A stretch of 64,000 bases of DNA, taken from positions 64,001 to 128,000 of the forward strand of contig JAWXAQ010000002.1 of assembly GCA_034439575.1 (NCBI GenBank), read 5' to 3'. Source of the DNA: Leptospira sp. (GTDB lineage Bacteria; Spirochaetota; Leptospiria; Leptospirales; Leptospiraceae). The notes below the pieces were generated by a model that was not told the origin of the DNA, searched no databases, and worked only from the letters and a program-made list of their open reading frames with translations. Of the stretch, positions 39,793 through 49,435 are shown in pieces. Both the position numbers and the translations under genes were made by a program. Every line of letters starts with the position of its first letter. Position 1 is the first letter of the stretch.

Positions 39793-40929
39793 TTAAATCA
39801 AATTTTCTAACTTACAAAATTGATTGAAAGGTAAAATCATGATTTCACTTGTCACCTGACTTTCATAAGGTTCCAAATGAACTTGGTAGAACTTAGGGAT
39901 ATTGGTTCTTTCTGCAAAATATTTGATGTGCGGTGAGATTTTTTTTTCACTAAGTTTGCATTCAACGGCAAATAATGGTTTTTTGTTTTTTAAAACTACA
40001 AAATCAATTTCTCTTTTATCTGTGTCTCGCACATATCGTAATTCTATTTTTTGGCCATCGGTATCTTCATAAAAATGACAGAATTTTAAAAGGTGACAGG
40101 CTACCATATTTTCAAATCGAGCTCCCTTTTCCTCAACTTGGCTAAAATCCCAGAGATAAAGTTTTTGTTCTTTTTTAACTGCTCTAATTTTTGGAGCACC
40201 AAATGGTGGTATGGTGAAGGCATAATATAATGTATCCAAAATCTGGACCCATCGTTTACAAGTTTTAAAGTCGATATTTAAATCTTCTGCGAGTGATTTG
40301 AAAGAAAGTGGGGAACCAATTCGGTTCGGCAATTCTTCAGCTAACATCTGCATTTTATCTAAATCTTGGACATTTTCTAAATCACGAACATCTGTTTTAA
40401 TCAATTTATGGATTCGTTCTCTATGCCATCTTCGCAAAAATGTTTCATCTTGTTTGGTATAACTTTCAGGAAATCCACCAAACTTAAATAAACGCTCTAG
40501 GTGATTCCAAGAATTCCCAACTTCATTTAAGGAATAGGGATGGAGCCTGTAATAATGATACCTTCCAAGAAGTGAATCTCCACCTTTTCGAAAGTGGTCT
40601 AAGCGTGCTGATCCCGTTACTAAAAATTTATGAGTTCGCTTCAGTGTGTCATAGAATCCTTTGACTAGGTTTCTCCAATTTTTAAATTTATGAATTTCAT
40701 CAAAAACAATCAGTTTTTGTTCTTTTGGCCAAGATCGATTTTTGATCACATTTTGATGTTCAAGAAAGTCCCAGTTTAAATAGGCAGGGTGACCATCCTT
40801 AAACTTGGGAATAAGTGATTGGGCGAGAGTGGTTTTACCAACTTGCCTCGGTCCACCAAGAAAAACCATTCTTTCGGGTAAATCTTTTTGGATATAGGGA
40901 GTCAAATACCTTGTTAGTAAAGTAGACAT
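39793..40929 (-). CDS. AAA+ ATPase (AAA_14) with a DUF4143 / PD-(D/E)xK-like C-terminus
   Basis: GPRQVGKTT, VFDEIH, VTGS, GGFP, K.YLWD, FENMV, EIDFV...VECK. Confidence 0.9.
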   Translation of the reverse strand: MSTLLTRYLTPYIQKDLPERMVFLGGPRQVGKTTLAQSLIPKFKDGHPAYLNWDFLEHQNVIKNRSWPKEQKLIVFDEIHKFKNWRNLVKGFYDTLKRTHKFLVTGSARLDHFRKGGDSLLGRYHYYRLHPYSLNEVGNSWNHLERLFKFGGFPESYTKQDETFLRRWHRERIHKLIKTDVRDLENVQDLDKMQMLAEELPNRIGSPLSFKSLAEDLNIDFKTCKRWVQILDTLYYAFTIPPFGAPKIRAVKKEQKLYLWDFSQVEEKGARFENMVACHLLKFCHFYEDTDGQKIELRYVRDTDKREIDFVVLKNKKPLFAVECKLSEKKISPHIKYFAERTNIPKFYQVHLEPYESQVTSEIMILPFNQFCKLENLI

Positions 40930-40935
40930 GATGCT

Positions 40936-40963
40936 ATTTTACTCATGAGTAAAATGGAGTCAA
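40936..40963 (-). promoter_or_regulatory. Sigma70-type promoter with an overlapping 20-bp palindrome (probably a leaderless transcript)
   Basis: Minus strand TTGACT-N16-TAAAAT-6 nt-ATG; palindrome ATTTTACTCATGAGTAAAAT at 40936-40955. Confidence 0.6.
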
Positions 40964-41156
40964 TGCCAATTTACTCATATTGGTTTAGTCTGAAATGTTT
41001 CAATATTATTCGTTCTTTTTAGCTCTATAAAATACAAACAAGATAAGAAAATAAATGAGTTATTTGTAAGAAAATGGTTTTAAACTTCTAGATAAAATTA
41101 AAACTTAGCTGACGAATCTAGTTTATCGCGAATGACACAAAGGATCATTTTAGATC

Positions 41157-41585
41157 ATGAAACAAAAAATCAATTTAATTACTCTCGGCGTTCGAGATTT
41201 GAAACGATCCTTGGATTTTTATGAAAAAGGTCTTGGTTGGAAGAAGTCAAACCAAAGCCAGGAAACGGTCGCATTCTTTCAGTTAAATGGCATTGTATTA
41301 TCCTTATTTAATCGAAGTTCGTTGGCAGAAGATGCGAATGTGGAAGAAAAACCTACGGGCTTTTCATCAATCACTCTAGCTTACAATGCTGAAAGTGAAA
41401 TCGAAGTAGATGAAGTAATAAATAAAGTAAGAAACCTCGGTGCCAATATTTTAAAAGAACCGCAGAAAGTATTTTGGGGTGGGTATAGTGCTTATTTTTC
41501 AGATCTGGATGGTCACCTATTTGAAGTTGCCCACAATCCGTTTTTTCCGTTAAATGTGAAAGGGGAAGTTGAATTGCCTGATTGA
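41157..41585 (+). CDS. VOC/glyoxalase family protein
   Basis: ITLGV.DL.RS..FYE.GLGW; FWGGYS.YF.D.DGH..EVA.NP. Confidence 0.9.
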   Translation: MKQKINLITLGVRDLKRSLDFYEKGLGWKKSNQSQETVAFFQLNGIVLSLFNRSSLAEDANVEEKPTGFSSITLAYNAESEIEVDEVINKVRNLGANILKEPQKVFWGGYSAYFSDLDGHLFEVAHNPFFPLNVKGEVELPD

Positions 41586-41656
41586 CAATTCTTAATTACT
41601 CAATGATTGTATTCCATAAATCTAAATTCTTTTAAATTCTATATAACTCAAATTTT

Positions 41657-42667
41657 ATGAAACAAATCCAACTTTCATCATTTGGAATTCAAAATCTTTC
41701 TTTGGTAAATGTAGATGAACCTCCGAAACCTAAAGGAAAACAAGTGCTCGTTCGTATGCGCGCAGCATCTCTCAACTTTAGAGATACTCTAGTCATAGCT
41801 GGAAAATATAATCCAAAATTTCCAACCCCTATGGTGCCATGTAGTGACGGAGCAGGCGAAGTCGTAGAAATTGGCGAAGAAGTATCTGAATTTAAAATAG
41901 GTGATAAAATTTTAGCTACATTTGCACCTAACTGGATTGCTGATAAGGCCACTCATCAAGAAATGAGACACACATTAGGTGGCCCTCTAAATGGGACACT
42001 CCGAGAATACATTATTTTCAGTGAGATAAATATTGTTAAAATGCCCCAACATCTAAGCTTTGAGGAAGGTGCCACGCTTCCATGTGCGGCCTTAACTGCT
42101 TGGTCTGCATTTCATATATTTAGTCGTTTGGTGGCAGGTGAGATAGTTGTAATCCAAGGTACCGGTGGCGTTTCCTTATTTGGATTGCAATTCGCAAAAC
42201 TAGCGGGCGCTAAAGTTATATTAACGTCTTCTTCCGAAGAGAAAATTCAGAAAGCAAAAAAATTGGGCGCAGATTTTTGTATCAATTACAAAGAAACATT
42301 CGATTGGGGCAAAGTTGTTCGCGTTTATACAGATAAGATAGGAGCAGATCATATTGTAGAGGTTGGCGGTGCGGGAACATTTGAACAGTCGATCATCGCC
42401 TGTAAACCGTTCGGTGTGATCCATTTGATAGGTATTTTGGCAGGTAAATCAGGAGAGTTGAATTTATTACCTGCTGTTATGAACAATATAAAAATCCAAG
42501 GGATCGTCGTAGGTGGCCGAAAAGCATTCCAAGAAATGAATCGTGCTATAGAAATAAGCCAATTAAAACCTATTGTTGATAGAGTATTTCCCATGGAAGA
42601 TATTAAAGAAGCATTGGAATATTTAAAATCCGGTTCACACTTCGGAAAGATTGCAATTAAGATTTGA
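41657..42667 (+). CDS. Medium-chain (zinc-type ADH-like) NAD(P)-dependent oxidoreductase
   Basis: AASLNFRD, P.SDGAGEV, ATLPCAALTAW, GTGGVS, HFGKI. Confidence 0.9.
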   Translation: MKQIQLSSFGIQNLSLVNVDEPPKPKGKQVLVRMRAASLNFRDTLVIAGKYNPKFPTPMVPCSDGAGEVVEIGEEVSEFKIGDKILATFAPNWIADKATHQEMRHTLGGPLNGTLREYIIFSEINIVKMPQHLSFEEGATLPCAALTAWSAFHIFSRLVAGEIVVIQGTGGVSLFGLQFAKLAGAKVILTSSSEEKIQKAKKLGADFCINYKETFDWGKVVRVYTDKIGADHIVEVGGAGTFEQSIIACKPFGVIHLIGILAGKSGELNLLPAVMNNIKIQGIVVGGRKAFQEMNRAIEISQLKPIVDRVFPMEDIKEALEYLKSGSHFGKIAIKI

Positions 42668-42739
42668 ATATGATTAAATTGTGAAATAGATTTTGGGAAA
42701 ATTTTAGTTTTAAAATAATATTAGGAAGGTTTTGTATCT

Positions 42740-43483
42740 ATGTCCATTCAGAATGAAAAAGATCTAAAGGGAATTTTAAAAGCTGGGAAATTTGTCGCTA
42801 GAGTTCGTGATTTACTTGTTAAATGTGCAAAATCTGGTATCACAACTCTAGAATTGGATCAAATAGCCAAACAAGAGTTTGAAAAGGCAGGTGCCTATTC
42901 TGCACCTAAGCATGATTATAATTTTCCAGGATATACTTGTATTAGTGTAAATCATCAAGTTGCTCATGGGATTCCTAACCACCAAGTCGTTTTAAAAAAA
43001 GGTGATTTGGTGAATGTAGATGTTTCTGCTAAGTTAGATGGTTATTATGCCGATACAGGACTCTCATTCGTGGTAGATGGGCAAAATCCAATGTTTGAAG
43101 ATTTATGTCGAGTGGCAGTTGAAAGCACAAATGCAGCTATTCGCAAAGCTACAACGGGAAGTTATTTGAAATCAATTGGAAAACAAATTCATGCAACGGC
43201 AAAGGAGAATGGTTATACTGTTATCAAAAATTTAGCTGGCCATGGAACTGGAAAAAAACTACATGAAGAACCGCAAGTATTAGTATATGAAGATAAACGG
43301 GATTTACGAAAATTAAATAAAGGTCTAGTTTTAGCGATCGAATCATTTATTTCTACAGGTTCCGAGTTTGCCTATGAAGCAGCGGATGGTTGGGCTTTGG
43401 TGACAGCTGATAAAAGTTATGTGGCGCAATGTGAGCATACGATAATCGTTGCAGACGGAAAAGCCATTATCGCAACTCTTTGA
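42740..43483 (+). CDS. map: Type I methionine aminopeptidase
   Basis: CISVN..VAHGIP, DVSA..DGYYADT, GHG.G..LHEEP, LAIE, AQ.EHT. Confidence 0.95.
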   Translation: MSIQNEKDLKGILKAGKFVARVRDLLVKCAKSGITTLELDQIAKQEFEKAGAYSAPKHDYNFPGYTCISVNHQVAHGIPNHQVVLKKGDLVNVDVSAKLDGYYADTGLSFVVDGQNPMFEDLCRVAVESTNAAIRKATTGSYLKSIGKQIHATAKENGYTVIKNLAGHGTGKKLHEEPQVLVYEDKRDLRKLNKGLVLAIESFISTGSEFAYEAADGWALVTADKSYVAQCEHTIIVADGKAIIATL

Positions 43484-43875
43484 ACAAAATAAATAATATT
43501 CAGTTTGAAGAATTTTATAGCTCTCTAAAGAAAGATGAGTTAGCTATCGTTAATTCTTTGAAAACCATTCTAGAATCATATCCTTCATTAAAATTGAAAA
43601 TTTCCTATTCAGTTTTATACTTTTTTCAAAGGAGTAGAGTTTGTTTCATTTGGCCAGCATCAATCAAATCTGGGCCGAAATCGGGAGTGCAGCTCGGGTT
43701 TTGTAATGGTTATTTATTGGAAGATAAGCTCAAATTATTGGAAAAAGGAAATCGAAAGCAGGTCTATTGTATTACTTTCAAAAGTGCTTCCGAAGTGAAT
43801 AGAGAAGTTTTAGAGTATTACATTCAAAATGCAATAGACGTAGATAACCAGATTTTTTCGAAGAAAAAAGTTTGA
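43480..43875 (+). CDS. DUF1801/YdhG-like protein
   Basis: K.SY.V.YF.....CFIWP...V.LGF..G..L....LL....RKQV pattern; TTG start overlapping the map stop. Confidence 0.65.
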   Translation: MNKINNIQFEEFYSSLKKDELAIVNSLKTILESYPSLKLKISYSVLYFFQRSRVCFIWPASIKSGPKSGVQLGFCNGYLLEDKLKLLEKGNRKQVYCITFKSASEVNREVLEYYIQNAIDVDNQIFSKKKV

Positions 43876-43905
43876 AGTTTTATAAAAATAGAGTATGTTA
43901 GTCGC

Positions 43906-44550
43906 ATGAATTCAAAATTTAATTTTGCTATTAAATTCTTATTTTTAATCTTTCTTTTTTCACTTTTAAACATGTTAGTTGCTGAAGAGGCCACAACAAA
44001 ATCAGGTAAAAAAGTAATACTGAATGAAAATTTTACATGGAAATACGCGAATATAGGCACCCCACAAAATGATTCAGCTAACGTGCGTTATCTTAAAAAA
44101 TCAATAGATCAAACAAGTTTACTAAAAAGTAAATACGAAAAGTATGATATTTCTTATAATCCAAAAAATTGGGAAAATGTAAAACCCTCAAATGAATCAG
44201 CAGAATTTGGATTTGAAAACAGTAAAAAAACATCCTATTCTATGGTAATTTACGAAGGGATTGAAATACCGATGGAAAGTTTTACGGAAGTCGTACTTGC
44301 AAATGCGAAAGAAGTAGATCCAAATGCCTATGTTATCGATATCGAGGAAGTAAATGTAAATGGTCGTATTGGTAAATTAGTTAAGTATCGTGCATCCACA
44401 AAAGGCTTAAATTTTATATTTTATAATTTTCTGACTAGCGGTAAATTTGGTTCCATTCAATTTATTGCTTTTACCCTTGAATCAAGTTTTGATAAAGAAG
44501 TAGTAAATTTCGATGCCTTGATTTCAGGTTTATTAATAAAGGATATTTAA
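43906..44550 (+). CDS. Exported hypothetical protein (DUF3157-like N-terminal motif)
   Basis: Signal peptide, then ATTKSGKKVILN.N.TWKY. Confidence 0.6.
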   Translation: MNSKFNFAIKFLFLIFLFSLLNMLVAEEATTKSGKKVILNENFTWKYANIGTPQNDSANVRYLKKSIDQTSLLKSKYEKYDISYNPKNWENVKPSNESAEFGFENSKKTSYSMVIYEGIEIPMESFTEVVLANAKEVDPNAYVIDIEEVNVNGRIGKLVKYRASTKGLNFIFYNFLTSGKFGSIQFIAFTLESSFDKEVVNFDALISGLLIKDI

Positions 44551-44955
44551 ATGAATCAATCGTTACTCATTTTAGTTGGCTTTGTTAGCTGGACAATTTT
44601 TCTTGGTTTGTTAGTTGTTGGATATAGAGCTATCGAAGTATTACTCGGAAAGAAGAAGTCAAATGAATTTACCGCAGGGCAAAAACATGGCACTCCTCGC
44701 TATTGGGAAATGAACCGTGCCCATGCCAATGCATTAGAAAATTTACCGATTTTTGCCGCATTAGTTTTAATTGGAAATGTTTCAGGCAAGGTAGATTTGT
44801 TTTTTATATATGGGTGTATGCTTGTGTTAGGTGCCAGAGTTTTGCAATCCGTCACACATTTGATCTCGACATCAGTATTGGCTGTTGATGTGAGATTTAC
44901 CTTTTATTTAATTCAAGTCGGCGCATTTATTTTTCTTATCACGAAACTGATTTAA
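44551..44955 (+). CDS. MAPEG family membrane protein
   Basis: RAHAN..ENLPIFA and ARV.QS..H motifs. Confidence 0.85.
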   Translation: MNQSLLILVGFVSWTIFLGLLVVGYRAIEVLLGKKKSNEFTAGQKHGTPRYWEMNRAHANALENLPIFAALVLIGNVSGKVDLFFIYGCMLVLGARVLQSVTHLISTSVLAVDVRFTFYLIQVGAFIFLITKLI

Positions 44956-46217
44956 AATTTATAAAATTTTACATTCTTTTCTAAGTCACTAGTATATTCG
45001 CTAATATCTTTTGAGGAGAGTGAAATCTCCTCAGCGGCTTGAGCATTTTTAGCTCCGAGTAGATTCATTTCTTGTATGATAGTTTTGATCTTTTCAAATG
45101 ATATTTGGAAGTGAGCGAGATTCGTAGCAATGGTATTCGAAATTTCTATACTTTCATTAGCTTCTGTAGAAACAGTGACCTGTTTCACTATTTGTCGTTT
45201 CATTTCTGATCCTAATGATTGGAAATTTGCAACTATTTTTTTACTATCTGTAATGATTTCAGCGATACTTTCAAAACTTGTTTCGAAAGCATCCGTTCCT
45301 TTTTTAACTTCTTCTAAATTAGAATTAAATAAACTTTGAATTTCCTTAAGGCTAACGCGCGTTTGTGAAGCTAATTTTGAAATTTCCTCAGATACGACGG
45401 CAAATCCAGCTCCATGTTCACCTGCTCTTGCCGATTCGATAGCAGCATTTAACGAGAGTAAATTAATTTTATCAGAAATAGTATGTACCTTTCCGATTGT
45501 TTTTGCAATTTTTTCAGAACTAAGACTGATTCCTTCCATTTGGGTTTTTAAAAATTTTAAGTTTTTATCTAATTTTTCAAATTTCATTTCATACGATAAA
45601 ATTTCCTGTATTGAAAGATCAGATATTTCTTTTAAATCGGTTATTGAATTTGATAATAATTGAATTTCATTCATAAGATTTTCCATTGAAAATTGCAAAA
45701 TTTTAAAATGAGAAACAGAGTAGTCTAAATCTTTTGCATTCTGCAATGTTTCTTCATTTAACACATCGTAGTCCAGAGCTAAGGAAGAAGTATTTTGCGA
45801 AAGTTGAATCGTTGATTTTTTTTGTTCAAGCATGGTGCTATTAATTTCAAAAGATAATTTTTGAATTCCTTGTAAGGAAATTTTCATCTGTTGGATTAAC
45901 TCATTATAATAATTCGCAAATTTTCCAATTTCATCGTTGGAATTGATAATTAAATTGGAAGTAAAATCACCTTGGCTAAGTCGTTTTGAAAAATTACTAA
46001 TTTCGAATATTGTTTTTAAAAGTGAAGTTTTACCAATCCAATAGGAGAAAAATCCTACCATAATCCCAGCAAATAAACAAAGGGCTGTAAAAAGTTGATC
46101 TAAAGTTTCAGATCGAAAAGTTACGAAGTAGGGAGTAATAGCACGAAAGATAAGTCCCATCATGATGCCAAAGAATAGGGAAAGATATAGATACTTTTTT
46201 AATATACTGATTTTCAA
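44952..46217 (-). CDS. Methyl-accepting chemotaxis protein (two TM, HAMP)
   Basis: [37 protein letters not shown] segment GDF......NDEIG. Confidence 0.9.
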   Translation of the reverse strand: MKISILKKYLYLSLFFGIMMGLIFRAITPYFVTFRSETLDQLFTALCLFAGIMVGFFSYWIGKTSLLKTIFEISNFSKRLSQGDFTSNLIINSNDEIGKFANYYNELIQQMKISLQGIQKLSFEINSTMLEQKKSTIQLSQNTSSLALDYDVLNEETLQNAKDLDYSVSHFKILQFSMENLMNEIQLLSNSITDLKEISDLSIQEILSYEMKFEKLDKNLKFLKTQMEGISLSSEKIAKTIGKVHTISDKINLLSLNAAIESARAGEHGAGFAVVSEEISKLASQTRVSLKEIQSLFNSNLEEVKKGTDAFETSFESIAEIITDSKKIVANFQSLGSEMKRQIVKQVTVSTEANESIEISNTIATNLAHFQISFEKIKTIIQEMNLLGAKNAQAAEEISLSSKDISEYTSDLEKNVKFYKF

Positions 46218-46309
46218 AGGATCCGCAACATAAGAAACGTAAGTTCTTATGTTACAGACGAAATTTTTATATTAATATCTATACCTAAATATAAAAAATA
46301 TATTTAATC

Positions 46310-47311
46310 TTAAACGCCCTCTCGTTTTAAGTCTCGACTCATTAAAGCTTTTACAACTTCTTTGGGATCTTTGTCTTCGTATAACATCTTATAGACTTCA
46401 CTTGTGATCGCCATTTCGACTCCCAGTTTATCTGCTAAGTTTTTTGTGGAAAGTGTCGTTTTGACTCCTTCCGCTACTTCATTCATTGAACCAAGAATGT
46501 CTTTTAGCTTTTCACCCTTACCCAAACGAAATCCCACAGTTCGATTTCTTGAAGCTTCCCCACAACAAGTAAGAACTAGATCCCCCATGCCCGATGGCCC
46601 AAGAAAGGTCATTGGATCGGCACCCATTTTTAAACCCATTCGAGTAATCTCATTCAATCCTCTTGTGATAAGAGCGGCTCTTGTGTTTTGTCCAAATCCC
46701 AATCCATCGGCAACTCCCGCCGCTATGGCGATTACGTTTTTTAAAGCACCACCAACTTCGACACCGACAACATCAGGAGTCCAATACGTTCGAAAGTATG
46801 TGAAACTGAAGATTTCTTGCACTCGTTTAGCTGTGGCTTCATTTTTAGAAGCGATGGAAACAATCGTTGGAACCTTCCTCACCATTTCTTTTGCGAAACT
46901 CGGTCCAGATAAATAAGAAAGTTGTGAGTGAAAGGATCCTGGCAATTCTGTTTCAAAGATTTCTGATACGAGTCTGAGTGATTCGTTTTCTATGCCTTTG
47001 GATGCGGAAACAATGGGAATTTTTGTAGGAATATGATCTTTGATTTGTTTCAGAATGCCACTGAGAGCATGAGAGGGAGGAGCTGAGACGATCATGTCCT
47101 TATCCTTCACAACTTCTATCAAATCTGTGCTAGCACGTAACATGTCTGGTAAAACCAATTCAGGCATATGTTTATTGTTGATATGATTTTCATTTATGGA
47201 TTTTGCTTGGTCTGGACTCCTTGTCCATAAAACCACATCATATCCTTTGTCCGCTAAGATACTTCCTAGTGCGGTGCCAAAACTTCCTGCGCCAATTACT
47301 CCGATCTTCAT
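46310..47311 (-). CDS. gpsA: NAD(P)H-dependent glycerol-3-phosphate dehydrogenase
   Basis: [37 protein letters not shown]....SRN, AEGV. Confidence 0.96.
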   Translation of the reverse strand: MKIGVIGAGSFGTALGSILADKGYDVVLWTRSPDQAKSINENHINNKHMPELVLPDMLRASTDLIEVVKDKDMIVSAPPSHALSGILKQIKDHIPTKIPIVSASKGIENESLRLVSEIFETELPGSFHSQLSYLSGPSFAKEMVRKVPTIVSIASKNEATAKRVQEIFSFTYFRTYWTPDVVGVEVGGALKNVIAIAAGVADGLGFGQNTRAALITRGLNEITRMGLKMGADPMTFLGPSGMGDLVLTCCGEASRNRTVGFRLGKGEKLKDILGSMNEVAEGVKTTLSTKNLADKLGVEMAITSEVYKMLYEDKDPKEVVKALMSRDLKREGV

Positions 47312-47367
47312 GAGTTCTGTATTTTAAATTCGCTTTGCAAAAAGGCAATAGAAATTAATTTTAAATT

Positions 47368-48051
47368 ATGCTTTTAACGGATCTCTTCCGTTTCAATCCT
47401 TTGAACCTACTTCTATCGCCGAAAGCGGTAGTTAAGAGTAATTATAAGGTCACAATTCTACTCAAAAATTTAAGAAGTGTCATACGCACAGAGATTATAG
47501 ATAAAGATCCAGATCTCGAAACATTAGAGATAACATCTGTAAAAGGGGAGATCCATTTTACAGGCGTGTACTTAATGGATTGGTTATGGATTTCTAGGAT
47601 TTTTGGCGTGAAGGCTGTTCATTACCGTGTGCGATTAAAACCAGTTTCAGTCAAAGATAATAAGGCACATTTACGCATAATAGGTTATCGAATATGGGAT
47701 ACAAAAGTCAGGAAATTTGATTTTGTTAGGTGGTTTACAAAGGTTGATCCTTTTCATAAAAAGAAAGTATTGGAATCCATATTGAAAAATGCACCTGACT
47801 TACTTACAGTCAGTGGATTACAACAATGGGAAGTAAAAGTAAACTTAAATTATTTTTTGAATCTGGTTCCTTCGATAGCTGGAAAAATTGAAATTCAATA
47901 TCTTCTAGCCGATAATGAAGAAGTATATGTCTTGGTCAGATCAGGAACAATTTTGAAACCTTTAGTTGATTTTTTTGGTCCACTTTATATTCGCATCGAT
48001 TACCTCGAAGAAGATGAAAATGTTACCTTGAGACTTTGGGACAAGGTTTAA
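47368..48051 (+). CDS. Hypothetical protein
   Basis: 227-aa ORF at the head of a tightly packed operon with recG. Confidence 0.7.
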   Translation: MLLTDLFRFNPLNLLLSPKAVVKSNYKVTILLKNLRSVIRTEIIDKDPDLETLEITSVKGEIHFTGVYLMDWLWISRIFGVKAVHYRVRLKPVSVKDNKAHLRIIGYRIWDTKVRKFDFVRWFTKVDPFHKKKVLESILKNAPDLLTVSGLQQWEVKVNLNYFLNLVPSIAGKIEIQYLLADNEEVYVLVRSGTILKPLVDFFGPLYIRIDYLEEDENVTLRLWDKV

Positions 48052-48053
48052 TT

Positions 48054-49058
48054 ATGAAAATCGTGTATCTCACAGACATTCATGATGGATTACACGGACT
48101 CAAAAAAATTTTACAAAACACCGAAGCGGATTTGTATTTATTTTCTGGTGATATCATTTACAAAGCTTTCTTTTCATATGATCGCATAATAGATTTTTGT
48201 GGTGTGCAAGAAGAGTTATACTATCTGTTAAATGAAAGCCATGACGATTCAACTCCTTTCGATTTTACAACCAAAGCTATACGTTTTCCAGAAAAGTTTT
48301 CAACTGCCATAGTAGAAAAATCTTACAAATACAGAGATTTATATAAAATCGCTGCTAAGACGATGAAAGATAAATATGAAATCATCGAAAAATTAATATT
48401 ACGTTATGCGAAATCCCCAGTCTATTGCCTCCCTGGAAACTATGATCTAGATTTACAATACACCGAATTGTACCAAAGAGAAATTCATAGAAAAAGTTTT
48501 GAACTGGGTAATTTGAAATTTTCTGGTTATGGGGGAGCACCTATATGGACTTCTGGTATTCCCGAAAAACTAACAGTTGTTTTTCATGAATATACCAAAC
48601 AAGGCAAAAATTATAGTGAACCAGAAGATTTTTTTCGAGAAGAATTGCCAGATATTTGCGTCATTCATAACCCTGCGTATGGATTTTTTGATAAAATTCC
48701 AGGCGTTGGTAATGTAGGCAGCCAAGGCATTCGCCGTTATCTAGATGATGAATCACCATCCTTAGTTGTTTCGGGTCACGTTCATGAGGACCAAGGTATT
48801 ATAAAAAAACGAGGAACAGTATATATAAATCCATCTAACTTTGGTGCTGTGGAATCAGTTTACGGATTTCAAGAAGGTGGATATTTCGCAGAAATAATAT
48901 TAGACGGAAAACAAGTAGTCCAATCAAATTTATGCCAATTAGTGAATGATGAATGGAATCGGTTAATCGAAGTTGATTGTTCGGGTGATAAATTATCTCT
49001 CATCCGTCAAAATCCAATTTCGAAAGTAAGTTCAGAAGATTATATTCGCGGAAACTGA
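48054..49058 (+). CDS. Calcineurin-like metallophosphoesterase
   Basis: DIH, GD, PGNYD, H.P and GHVHE motifs. Confidence 0.88.
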   Translation: MKIVYLTDIHDGLHGLKKILQNTEADLYLFSGDIIYKAFFSYDRIIDFCGVQEELYYLLNESHDDSTPFDFTTKAIRFPEKFSTAIVEKSYKYRDLYKIAAKTMKDKYEIIEKLILRYAKSPVYCLPGNYDLDLQYTELYQREIHRKSFELGNLKFSGYGGAPIWTSGIPEKLTVVFHEYTKQGKNYSEPEDFFREELPDICVIHNPAYGFFDKIPGVGNVGSQGIRRYLDDESPSLVVSGHVHEDQGIIKKRGTVYINPSNFGAVESVYGFQEGGYFAEIILDGKQVVQSNLCQLVNDEWNRLIEVDCSGDKLSLIRQNPISKVSSEDYIRGN

Positions 49059-49060
49059 TA

Positions 49061-49435
49061 ATGGTAACTTTCGTTACTATAACTGCCGTTTTACTGACTG
49101 CGGCATTCTTTTTGTATGCCTTATCAGCTGTAGATAACAAGTCTCTAGACCAAAAAGAAAAAGAACGAAAGGATAGAGAAAATAACCTTAAAGTCGGTGA
49201 TCCAAGAAAAGTTTACTCAAAAGAATGGAACCCGAATGTGCAGAGACCTCGCATATGTCCTGTTTGTGGAGCTATGTTGCGAAAGGATGAATTTTTATAT
49301 GCGGCCATTTCTGCTCATATAAATATGGAAGGCAAAAAACAAGCCCAAATATATGGATGTAAGTATTGTTATCTTATCATAGACCGTGGATTCAACGATA
49401 TAAATAACGAACCTGAACCTGAGTTGGATATCTAA
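49061..49435 (+). CDS. Membrane-anchored protein with CxxC...CxxC (zinc-ribbon-like)
   Basis: N-terminal TM helix; RICPVCG and GCKYC. Confidence 0.7.
   Translation: MVTFVTITAVLLTAAFFLYALSAVDNKSLDQKEKERKDRENNLKVGDPRKVYSKEWNPNVQRPRICPVCGAMLRKDEFLYAAISAHINMEGKKQAQIYGCKYCYLIIDRGFNDINNEPEPELDI

Noticed and set aside
46404-46916. 170-aa antisense ORF over gpsA, and other antisense or overlapping ORFs in the track
   Set aside because: These are shadow frames of well-supported genes on the opposite strand, with no independent motifs.
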